Of a DNA stretch of 44,834 bases, positions 1 through 8,313 are shown one piece after another. The notes beneath the pieces are model-generated. The model was not told the origin of the DNA. It did not search any database and was given only the letters and a program-made list of their open reading frames with translations. The stretch covers positions 1 through 44,834 of the forward strand of contig JAWAHS010000002.1 of assembly GCA_038889075.1 (NCBI GenBank). Direction: 5' to 3'. Position numbers and translations under genes: made by a program. Position 1 is the first letter of the stretch. Each line of letters begins with the position of its first letter. The DNA is from Ignisphaera sp. GTDB taxonomy: Archaea > Thermoproteota > Thermoprotei_A > Sulfolobales > Ignisphaeraceae.

Positions 1-120
1 TTCTTCTTAAGAATAGCTGATTAGAATTAATTACAGAACATGGTATTAGGAGTGGATAAAGAATAGCAGGAAGTGAGATTTAATGCCGGCTAACATGCAT
101 CGAACCAGGGTTTGGTAGCT

Positions 121-322
121 GTTTCTTGTCTATAGGTTTCTCTAGGGTTTTCAAAGCTTTTAATGCGATTAGGTGTGGGCAAGGCTTATAAACATCTGAA
201 GCTTAATAATCATCTTGGTGACCCTGGGTTTCCGAGACCCACGGCAGACCGTGGGGAGGTGGTTCAGGGAAACCATGATGACCCACCCCAGGAAAACCTA
301 CAGAAACCTTGGGACGGGAAAC
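121..322. repeat. Long imperfect inverted repeat (arms 121-152 and 292-322) enclosing an AT-rich spacer and GC-rich hairpins
   Basis: Arm 1 is GTTTCTTGTCTATAGGTTTCTCTAGGGTTTTC. The reverse complement of arm 2 is GTTTCCCGTCCCAAGGTTTCTGTAGG-TTTTC. An outer 9-bp IR is CCAGGGTTT (105-113) / AAACCCTGG (419-427). Confidence 0.7.
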
Positions 323-507
323 GGTAGCAATCCAAGTTCTATCCTGTTCACCAGTGTATTAAAATATTAATTGAGATGGAGATGAGTGAGTTTTAAGACT
401 GTGTTAGTATTGGTTCAAAAACCCTGGCATTATATGTTTTGTGCTAGGATTGATTGTAGTTTTCTTCAATTAAATATTTTTAGGATGTGTAACCATTTGT
501 AATTACG

Positions 508-584
508 TCCCCGCTGCCTCACGTCTCTCCAAATGACCCTTGATGGGATATGGAGATGTAGAGAGATCGGTTAGGCGGGGAACA
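508..584 (+). ncRNA. Candidate H/ACA pseudouridylation guide RNA
   Basis: Lower stem TCCCCGC/GCGGGGA is followed immediately by an ACA box (582-584). Upper stem is GTCTCTC/GAGAGAT and the pocket strands are TGCCTCAC and CGGTTAG. The top of the pocket is 14 nt from ACA. An ATGA...GA K-turn-like motif lies in the apical part. Confidence 0.7.
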
Positions 585-585
585 G

Positions 586-789
586 CTATCTCGATATTCT
601 AGATCTTACATAGTTTGCGAATTCCTCTATATTCATCTCTTCCCTATGCTTTGGAAGGTCTATTACAAGGACTTTACCATCCTGTATCCTTAAGGCTCTT
701 ATGATATCTCTATCTTTATATCTGTATACATCTAGCTGTTTCAAACCCAGCTTCTCAAGCACTCTTCTATACATTGTGTATCTAACCAT
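586..789 (-). CDS. Small basic hypothetical protein (67 aa)
   Basis: ATG start with upstream GGGGT RBS-like motif, protein-like composition, directly downstream of tRNA-His. Confidence 0.75.
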   Translation of the reverse strand: MVRYTMYRRVLEKLGLKQLDVYRYKDRDIIRALRIQDGKVLVIDLPKHREEMNIEEFANYVRSRISR

Positions 790-851
790 TCTTACCCCCT
801 ACCTACAACCATTTCAATTCATATGTTATGTAGCAGGTATTGGTTAAAAAG

Positions 852-943
852 GGCCGCGGCCGGGATTCGAACCCGGGACCTCGGGATCTCTGCACGTTTA
901 GCCCCACAGTCCCGCGCTCTAACCAGGCTGAGCTACCGCGGCC
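852..943 (-). tRNA. tRNA-His: tRNA-His(GUG) with a 16-nt intron at 37/38 (intron 888-903) and encoded G-1
   Basis: Cloverleaf GCCGCGG...CCGCGGC-C. Anticodon stem CGGGA/TCCCG with loop CT-GTG-G|A, T-loop GTTCGAATC. Intron GGCTAAACGTGCAGAG forms a bulge-helix-bulge (CTGT/GCAG helix, GGG and AGA bulges). Confidence 0.95.
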
Positions 944-996
944 ACCTGAGTAGGCTTTTGTGTATTGTGGGCTAAAAACTCTTTTGTGTCTATTGT

Positions 997-1506
997 TTAA
1001 AACTCTACCACTCTATATTCCATTGTTAACGTATCTAGTATCGCTATGCTTCTTCTACCTGTTAGATATCCACAGACCTCCCCAGGGTTTAGTATGAGGG
1101 TTCCGTTAATTGAGTAGACGTTGCTTCTATGTGTATGTCCATACAGAATCGCATCATACCTACCAGATGATGCAATAGACTCTACAATTTCCTTAGTCTG
1201 TTCAGCTGTTCCAAATCCGTGGATAAGAAGAATCCTTCTATTTTCTATAGATAGAGAGTATATGTTTTGTTTGATCATAGCACCAGCTTTAAGAGCTATT
1301 TCTCTGAGACTCAGTATATCACCATCATTATTACCAAGTAGAGCTATAATTCTAGCAGGAAGTTCTACTATCCTCATAAATGCAAAGGGGGAGATTATAT
1401 CACCAAGATGTACCAGCATCTCTACATTCTCATGCCTAAAGATATTTAAGGCAGCCAAGATGGCCTCTAAATTATCATGGCTATCACTCATAATACCTAA
1501 AATCAT
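997..1506 (-). CDS. Metallophosphoesterase, MJ0936/YfcE family
   Basis: Motifs SDSHDN, HLGD, GNNDG, HG, GHTH, NPGE. Start moved to the ATG at 1506, which follows a GGTGGTG RBS. Confidence 0.93.
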   Translation of the reverse strand: MILGIMSDSHDNLEAILAALNIFRHENVEMLVHLGDIISPFAFMRIVELPARIIALLGNNDGDILSLREIALKAGAMIKQNIYSLSIENRRILLIHGFGTAEQTKEIVESIASSGRYDAILYGHTHRSNVYSINGTLILNPGEVCGYLTGRRSIAILDTLTMEYRVVEF

Positions 1507-2236
1507 ATACACCACCAGTGTATGCTTTTGAACAATCTTAGATGCTGTATAGGTTATATAGACTATCCCCAACATCACATTCTCTTCCGCGTCCCTCACT
1601 GAGATAGTGTGCTACTTAGAGGGCATCTAATAACACTATCTACAGAGAAGCACATCTTAGGTCTAAACAATCTTAAGATAGATTACACGAATTCTCGATA
1701 TCGTTTCTCAGTAAGGTGGTGGTTCACAGATCTTCATAATTTTCTGATATCCAGTCTCTCCACCATCTGCTTCTCAACAGCATCTCTCAAGTGTGTTACA
1801 AAAGAGCTCCTCCATCTCATCACTAGAGGTTTCACCTACTCTTCACGCATTCAAGAGGCATTCAGATATATAGGTTGAAGGGAATTTACTAGACGCAGGA
1901 ACACACAAAAAACTATAAACATCTCCCTACAAAATCAGGAAAACAACTGCCCAATTGAGCATATCTAGATGTGCACCGGGTGAAAATATTACCCTATTCT
2001 ACTGTATGATGATATTATAATATGGATTGCTAAATTAGTGTAAGGTGTTTGCCTATATCCATTATTTTGATAGTCTCGAGTCTCTTGGGCATTTTGGTTT
2101 TCTGTGGATATGGGTCGCCCATCTGTGCATCCCCTGCTACAGAAACATAGTAAACTCTACAGGTAGCTCAAGTAGCTGAAATCGCCGAAGAATAGCTATC
2201 TATCACATAGTCTGAAAATGTCTTTGCAAGGGTGCT

Positions 2237-3166
2237 CTATACAGGTGTTGGTAGACCTTTAAGTACGATACTTCCACTACTATCTATGTAGCCCCAAGGC
2301 ATAGCCTCTGTATTGTATACTGCATGGGGCTGTCCTCTACTATCTATAGCTATAATACCAGCCGTATTGGATCCGAATCTATTGGTTAGAATATCCAGAG
2401 CTTCTTTGGATGCCTTTATAATATCCGCTTCTTTGCAAATCCCTTCTACAACTCTTAGAGCTAGATGGGATAGTATTATATATTCCCCTACACCTGTTGA
2501 TACTGCAGCACCACACTCATTTGCATAGAAACCTGCTCCAGGTATAGGAGAATCACCAACTCTTCCAGGAAACTTTAGAAAGACCCCACCTGTACTAACA
2601 GCAGCTGCCAGCCTGCCACTTCCATCAAGTGCGACAGCCCCTACAGTATCTCCTATATTTAGCCACAGTCTTAGACTCTTGCCAAAATATGTGGATATCT
2701 TTTCACCCTTCTTAGCCCTCTCCATATATTCTCTATATAGTTTAATCCATCTTTCACTAGGTCCTGGATGAGGTTCGAGACCAACTCTTTTAGCAAGATC
2801 ATCGGCAGCAGAACCCGTTATAATTATATGGTCAGTATAGCTATAGATGTATTTAGCAAGGAGTATCGGATTCTTAGGGTATCTAGTATAGGCAACAGCA
2901 CCAGCTCTACCCTCAAACATGAGACCGGCATCCATAGAAATACTACCAGATAGATCAACGGTACTACCAATACCAGCATTAAAGATGCCAGAATCCTCTA
3001 AAACCTTAACAGCTTCAACAACCATATCGAGGGCAGAACCATTATAGAATTGTCTAAATCCACTCACCAGAGCGTCCACTAGAGCCTTTTTAATACCCTC
3101 CAACAGTTTACTATCAACACGCCAACTACCAGCACCTCCATGAACAACTAAGATAGGTACAGCCAT
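2237..3166 (-). CDS. Isoaspartyl peptidase / plant-type L-asparaginase (Ntn hydrolase)
   Basis: HGGAG, FNAGIG, MDAGLM, autocleavage site D|TVGAVA, STGG, GRVGDSP. Start moved to the ATG at 3166 after GGTGGTGA. Confidence 0.95.
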   Translation of the reverse strand: MAVPILVVHGGAGSWRVDSKLLEGIKKALVDALVSGFRQFYNGSALDMVVEAVKVLEDSGIFNAGIGSTVDLSGSISMDAGLMFEGRAGAVAYTRYPKNPILLAKYIYSYTDHIIITGSAADDLAKRVGLEPHPGPSERWIKLYREYMERAKKGEKISTYFGKSLRLWLNIGDTVGAVALDGSGRLAAAVSTGGVFLKFPGRVGDSPIPGAGFYANECGAAVSTGVGEYIILSHLALRVVEGICKEADIIKASKEALDILTNRFGSNTAGIIAIDSRGQPHAVYNTEAMPWGYIDSSGSIVLKGLPTPV

Positions 3167-3446
3167 TGAAATCACCACCCCTAGCAACTCTAGTAGGCAT
3201 TGCATGGATGGCATTTTAGCCCTTTATGAAAATAGTACAACTATTCTATTAAAGTATTTGATTAAGATATACTGGGCAATTCTAATACTACAGCCAAACT
3301 ACTAAGCTAATGATAATCTCCTAAAGCTCTATCCCAGTATACATATATACCAAGGCTGTCTGGGGGAACCTCCAAAGCGAATAGAATACCGTAGATTAAG
3401 ATTGGCTATATAGATCATTATTTTATTGTATAGGATTCAAAGTTCT

Positions 3447-4736
3447 TCATCTCACTGTGTATTTTCCGTATTTGTATGCTGTTGTGTATATTGCTATTAT
3501 GTTTTGTGGTGGTGTGTTTGGCTGTATGTTGTGTACTGGTGCATATATATATCCTCCTCCCGGTTTGAATATCTCTATAAGTTTCTTCACATGTTCAATA
3601 ACCTCCTCCTCTTTTGCAAATGGTAGAATATGCTGTGTATCCACACCACCACCCCAGAAAACAATCTGCTCACCAAAATCCCTCTTAAGCACCACAGGAT
3701 CCATACCCCTAGCAGAAATCTGAACAGGGTTAAGAATATCAACACCAACATCAATAAACTCCTTTATAAGGGGATATATGGAGCCACAGCTATGTAGATA
3801 TATATACATTTTCGATCTTCTCTTAACTATATTGAAGAGTTCCTCGTATCTATGTTTGTAGAATTCTCTAAATGTCTGTACCGATATCTGCGGACCTTCC
3901 TCAGTTCCAAAATCATCGCTAAAACCAATAATATGGACATAGCCATTTAATGCATCGACGTATCTCTCAACATTATACCTTAGTACATCCATCATGTGAT
4001 CCAGCATGGCTTCAGCTAACGGCTTTCTAATCCTTAGATCAGATAGCCATCTACTCCAGCCTCTAAGACCTTGACCCCATTCATGTAGAGAGCCTGCAAC
4101 TGTAAATATCAATGCGTATTCTGTATTTCTATGTAGATATTCCGCTCTTCTTCTAAGGACATCTACATAGTTGCTGCTAACCCTATGGTATTCCCAGTTA
4201 AACTTCTCTATATCGTCAACAGTCTTTACCTCCGCTAGTGGAGGGCGTTCCTCGCCATATCTATCCAATCCCCAGAAGTAGTACCCATCTTTAGGCATCC
4301 TGCCTATAGCATCTCCACCTACATATGCCACGTATCCCCCGTCCTCTTCCTCAATAATATCCATAGCCTTAGGTATCTCAATTACTGCTCCATTTCTATG
4401 AACCCACACCTTCCACTCTCTATCCGATATCTCAACAACTCTACCATCCCTAGTTCTGTATCTCCATATGGATGGATATGGTGCACACGGTTCTAGAGTC
4501 CTATTGATGTTTATAATATCAGCGTGGAAGTAGTCTAGAAGCTCTTTTTCAACTTCAGCAAGTTGCTGTCCAAAGTCGAAAATTCTAATAGGTTTTTCAG
4601 GTAGGTTTAATACCCTTCTCAAATCCCTATATACAAATACATGGAATGCTGTATTGGGTGTCGATCCAACATCTATAGGAATTCTATCAGGCTCCTCATG
4701 CCTTAGTGCAGTTAAGACACGTGTACGGGAATCCAT
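3447..4736 (-). CDS. Uroporphyrinogen decarboxylase superfamily protein (MtaA/CmuA-like)
   Basis: N-terminal RVLTALRHEEPDRIP, SDDFG, LHSCG, FWGGGVD, GGYIYAPVHNIQ. Confidence 0.88.
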   Translation of the reverse strand: MDSRTRVLTALRHEEPDRIPIDVGSTPNTAFHVFVYRDLRRVLNLPEKPIRIFDFGQQLAEVEKELLDYFHADIININRTLEPCAPYPSIWRYRTRDGRVVEISDREWKVWVHRNGAVIEIPKAMDIIEEEDGGYVAYVGGDAIGRMPKDGYYFWGLDRYGEERPPLAEVKTVDDIEKFNWEYHRVSSNYVDVLRRRAEYLHRNTEYALIFTVAGSLHEWGQGLRGWSRWLSDLRIRKPLAEAMLDHMMDVLRYNVERYVDALNGYVHIIGFSDDFGTEEGPQISVQTFREFYKHRYEELFNIVKRRSKMYIYLHSCGSIYPLIKEFIDVGVDILNPVQISARGMDPVVLKRDFGEQIVFWGGGVDTQHILPFAKEEEVIEHVKKLIEIFKPGGGYIYAPVHNIQPNTPPQNIIAIYTTAYKYGKYTVR

Positions 4737-5012
4737 TTTTGCATCAACCTAGTATTCTTGACTTTAATACATCTTCCCTAGTTTTAAGCTCTATAGCATC
4801 TGAATCCAATTAACTAGAAAGCGCCCTCTATGTTATAGCATGTATTAGTAATCTAAATGCTGTTCCAACCTCCTATACAGGTGGTTAATACAAGGCATTT
4901 AGATTGGTTTAGATGTGTATAACCAAAAAGTATTTAGGTGTAGTCTTCGCCCTAGATTAAATGGCGTTCGCTATTATAGTAGAGGATAGACTGGCATGCT
5001 AGAAGTAGTTGC

Positions 5013-5732
5013 TTGGTGGCTATAATGGACATCAGATTATTGGTTGTAAGCGCATCGCATAGGATATACGGTAATTCGAGAATCGTTGCTAGAATTGCCT
5101 CTAGAATTGCTAGAGATATTGAGAATGCCGATGTCTATGAGGTGGATTTATTTGACTATAGAATAGAGCCATGTATAGGCTGCGTCTCTGATGATGTTAA
5201 GCTGTGTAGATTTCCATGTGTAGTAGAGGATGATATGGATAAGCTGTATAGATTGATTATGGAGAGCGATGGTATCATCTTTGTAAGCCCTATATACTGG
5301 TATAGCGTACCCGGACCACTAAAGAATTTTATTGATAGGCTAACAATATTTGAAAACGCAATCTTTATTGAAGGAAGAAGTAGACTCGAGGGAAAGGCTG
5401 CAGGTTTTATAGCAGTCGGCAACGATACAGGTGCTATAGCATTGATACAGAATCTCATGGTTATAATGAATAGCATGGGGGTTGCCATACCTCCATGGGC
5501 ACTGGCATACCACGAATCGGATGAAAATCCAATAGAAAATGAGAACTTCATACTAGATGTTGCAAACGTTGTCAGAGGTGTGATACTAATGATAAAGACA
5601 CTGAAAGGTCTCGAAAAACCTGGGTACTGGTATAGAGTAGACCAAGAATACAGAGATAGAGTAATGGATATAGCTCGGCAAGTATATAGAGAGGTCATCG
5701 ATGAACTGTCACAGGGATATCCCAGCAAATAG
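5013..5732 (+). CDS. Flavodoxin-fold NADPH-dependent FMN reductase / iron-sulfur flavoprotein family
   Basis: SASHR..GNS FMN loop, CIGC..CRFPC cysteines, SPIYWYSVPGPLKNFIDR. The true start may be the ATG at 5025. Confidence 0.9.
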   Translation: MVAIMDIRLLVVSASHRIYGNSRIVARIASRIARDIENADVYEVDLFDYRIEPCIGCVSDDVKLCRFPCVVEDDMDKLYRLIMESDGIIFVSPIYWYSVPGPLKNFIDRLTIFENAIFIEGRSRLEGKAAGFIAVGNDTGAIALIQNLMVIMNSMGVAIPPWALAYHESDENPIENENFILDVANVVRGVILMIKTLKGLEKPGYWYRVDQEYRDRVMDIARQVYREVIDELSQGYPSK

Positions 5733-5793
5733 AACTAGACCAAGGGCTATAAACACTTTTTACCGACAGGCATGAAAGCAGTTATCTGGGTGA

Positions 5794-5872
5794 GCGGCGG
5801 TCGTCTAGCCTGGTCTAGGACGCCGGCCTTCCAAGCCGGAGATCCCGGGTTCAAATCCCGGCCGCCGCACCA
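5794..5872 (+). tRNA. tRNA-Gly: tRNA-Gly(UCC) with encoded CCA
   Basis: Acceptor stem GCGGCGG/CCGCCGC-A-CCA, anticodon arm CCGGC-CT-TCC-AA-GCCGG, T-loop GTTCAAATC. Confidence 0.97.
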
Positions 5873-6260
5873 ACAGTTAAATACAATGAATTCCTTTTGG
5901 AATATCTCCTCACAGTTTAGAGTACATTAACAGTAAAGACTAGGCTTCTTCCAGAAAAATCAACGAGTTATAGACATGGAATAGATAGAGTCAGATACAT
6001 CAGCAATCGCTACAGCATCGTATGGTACAATTATATACTCCTGTATAGAGATTCTGTATAGCCAGAAAAACTACCATATCAGGATTTGTAGCGATGCACT
6101 ACTACCGTTTTCAGTTTTGGAAGTAATTCGCAGTTCTCAATGTGGGTGTTGTTAGGTGTAGAAGGGGCTGTTGCTACTAGTATTAGAAGTGGAATACTAT
6201 AGATAATCTCTCGAAGCTAGTTTATGGTATCTGTCTCCACGGTTCTGCTATTCCATTGAT

Positions 6261-6590
6261 TTAGGGCTCCTTATCTATGCATTCTTTTAATTTGTTAAGA
6301 AAGAATTGGTGTATAGAGGGGTTCTCTATGGTGGATAGTGGAGCTATAAATAGATTGGCCATAATGGCTGTAGCTACAGCTCTATCCTTATAGAGTTGAT
6401 AGAGGAGTCTATACGCTGTACAGGGGGATTCTATGAGGAGTGTCAGTATCTCTTTTCCATGGATGTTAAGGCTGTAGAGGTTCAGTATCTCTAGAAGACC
6501 TGGGGCTCGTGTAGAGATATGTCTCCTAATAGTATTCTTAACTAGGTCCATCATCTTCCCTACGGGTTGTGTTATAGTCATTGGTTTCAC
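6261..6590 (-). CDS. Small alpha-helical hypothetical protein (possibly DUF3227/NitrOD5-like)
   Basis: Last gene of the cluster, 4 nt after the previous stop. The APGLLEILNL...LLIESP...LYQLY pattern recalls small archaeal helical proteins. Family call is tentative. Confidence 0.7.
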   Translation of the reverse strand: MKPMTITQPVGKMMDLVKNTIRRHISTRAPGLLEILNLYSLNIHGKEILTLLIESPCTAYRLLYQLYKDRAVATAIMANLFIAPLSTIENPSIHQFFLNKLKECIDKEP

Positions 6591-6594
6591 CAGG

Positions 6595-7521
6595 CTATAG
6601 GTTGTAGGCTGTGATATAGGTTATCAGCATCGCTACTGTGAATACCATTGAGGCTAGGAGTAGCAGGAGAGCGATAATAGGCAGGTCCATCAATACTGCT
6701 AGGGAGAGGGCTGTTGCAGCTATGTCTATGGCTGTAAGCATTCTGAATAGCTTTTTTGCTACCAATCGTGGGTGGAGAGATCCAAATACTTTCTGTAGTA
6801 GTCTTGCAGTCTTCGAATTCTTATACCTTACATAGAAGGTCAGTCTATGGAATGTTGAGAAGCCATCCTCAGTTAGCTTGTATAGAGGTCCATCCAATCT
6901 TCTCCATATTCTAAGTATCGGCAGTTTGAATACATGTAGCCTTCCCCTCCCCTGCTCCAATTTCATTAGCTCAGTATCAATCTTTTTAAAGAGTTTTATC
7001 GGAGAGTCCCTGCTAGAGTACATCTCTAGATATGCCTGGGCTCTCTGTGGGCTTAGCCCCATAGCCTCAGCAACCTCCCTTAACGATAACACTCCCCTTC
7101 TACTTGTAGCCATAGCTATCACGGCATCAACAAGATAGCCCTTCTTCATAAGCTCTATTGAAAAGATTTGGGGGTTCACACCACCCTCCCTATTACCATC
7201 CACATATCTAGATCCGCCATTACCCTTGACCACCCTATGCAGATCCTCATAGAATCTCCTGCCCCGCTCGCTCAGAATATAGACCTCATAGCTATTTCCA
7301 TTTCTAACCTTTGTAACCAGATCCTTTAGCACCATCTTCCTAAGGGCATCCGCAACAGCCTTACTCCTCTCATTCAATTTCTTCGAAAGCTCCCTTGCAG
7401 TAAGCCCCTCATTACTTCTACCAAGCTCTAGAACTATGGAGAGCTGTAGAGAACCTCTTGCAAAATCGATCTCCTGATCCAACCGCTTCAAAACCTCTAT
7501 AACCCCATTGTCTCCCGACAC
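6595..7521 (-). CDS. Membrane-anchored winged-helix regulator, ArnR-like architecture
   Basis: N-terminal wHTH (LTARELSKKLNERSKAVADALRKMVLKDLVTKV...YILSERG), a second HTH-like segment (LSLREVAEAMGLSPQRAQAYL...YKLTEDG) and two C-terminal hydrophobic helices. About 300 aa, like Sulfolobus ArnR/ArnR1. Confidence 0.75.
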   Translation of the reverse strand: MSGDNGVIEVLKRLDQEIDFARGSLQLSIVLELGRSNEGLTARELSKKLNERSKAVADALRKMVLKDLVTKVRNGNSYEVYILSERGRRFYEDLHRVVKGNGGSRYVDGNREGGVNPQIFSIELMKKGYLVDAVIAMATSRRGVLSLREVAEAMGLSPQRAQAYLEMYSSRDSPIKLFKKIDTELMKLEQGRGRLHVFKLPILRIWRRLDGPLYKLTEDGFSTFHRLTFYVRYKNSKTARLLQKVFGSLHPRLVAKKLFRMLTAIDIAATALSLAVLMDLPIIALLLLLASMVFTVAMLITYITAYNL

Positions 7522-7826
7522 TATCTACCACCCTCATCACTAGTGACAGCGATGAACTTTAGCCTCCGGGAGGCCAAACCCTCCTCTACACTCTGTTGCC
7601 TCGATATAAAGTCGAGCACGATCTCTATAGAGGATCTATTTACACTGAGCGACAGATCATCCACTATATACTCTATAGAATTGAGGAACTCTCTAAACAT
7701 GGTTATAGCATTTACAAGAACTCCGGTGCTGATATTTGCAAGATTAAAGATTATTCTAGCACTCCCTCTACCCATACATGGATCAAGGGACAGCTCTATC
7801 TGCAGACCATTGCCTTCGCGAACCAC
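7521..7826 (-). CDS. Hypothetical protein (101 aa)
   Basis: GGAGGG RBS before the GTG start. The stop overlaps the next start by 1 nt (TAGTG), indicating translational coupling. Confidence 0.65.
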   Translation of the reverse strand: MVREGNGLQIELSLDPCMGRGSARIIFNLANISTGVLVNAITMFREFLNSIEYIVDDLSLSVNRSSIEIVLDFISRQQSVEEGLASRRLKFIAVTSDEGGR

Positions 7827-7980
7827 AGACCCTCCCAGAAATACTATAAGATACAGTAGACCCTAACCTAATAATGATAGAGGACATACACAGGTATAGA
7901 CAGGTACAGATATATAGATAGTGAGCTTATATTCCGCTGTTCTGCAGTTGTAGCAGTTTAGAAAAGCTCTGTACATCAGA

Positions 7981-8307
7981 TTAGTAAGGATGGGATTGGA
8001 GGAAGGTCAGCAACTGTCTTAGATTTACAAATACTTTCTTCAGATTCTCTATGTCTATCGTATATACATATTCACTGGTGAGAGCCTTCTGAACAACTAC
8101 ACCAAACATATCTATAACCTTTGAAGCACATAGTGTATCCTTTATACACTCTACCGGTGTAAACTGTAGGGTCTCAGCCCATGCTAGCGATAGTATAGGT
8201 TCTACCAAATCCAGTGGTCTATAGCAGAAGTGCAGAGTTTCTCTACATATTATCTCTAGAAGACTTACTAGAGCCTTAGAATCTCTACTACTTACGGTGT
8301 AAATCAT
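7981..8307 (-). CDS. Hypothetical protein (108 aa)
   Basis: ATG lies 6 nt after the stop of the upstream gene on the same strand. No recognisable family. Confidence 0.65.
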   Translation of the reverse strand: MIYTVSSRDSKALVSLLEIICRETLHFCYRPLDLVEPILSLAWAETLQFTPVECIKDTLCASKVIDMFGVVVQKALTSEYVYTIDIENLKKVFVNLRQLLTFLQSHPY

Positions 8308-8313
8308 ATATCA

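Noticed and set aside
1609-1890. 89-aa + ORF, and a short minus-strand frame (VKPLVMRWRSSFVTHLRDAVEKQMVERLDIRKL) that may be a gene remnant
   Set aside because: No recognisable family or RBS, so it cannot be supported as a CDS or pseudogene.
7885-7920. Short degenerate tandem units (ACAGGTATAG/ACAGGTACAG)
   Set aside because: Only two or three imperfect copies. They could be an operator but cannot be distinguished from chance.
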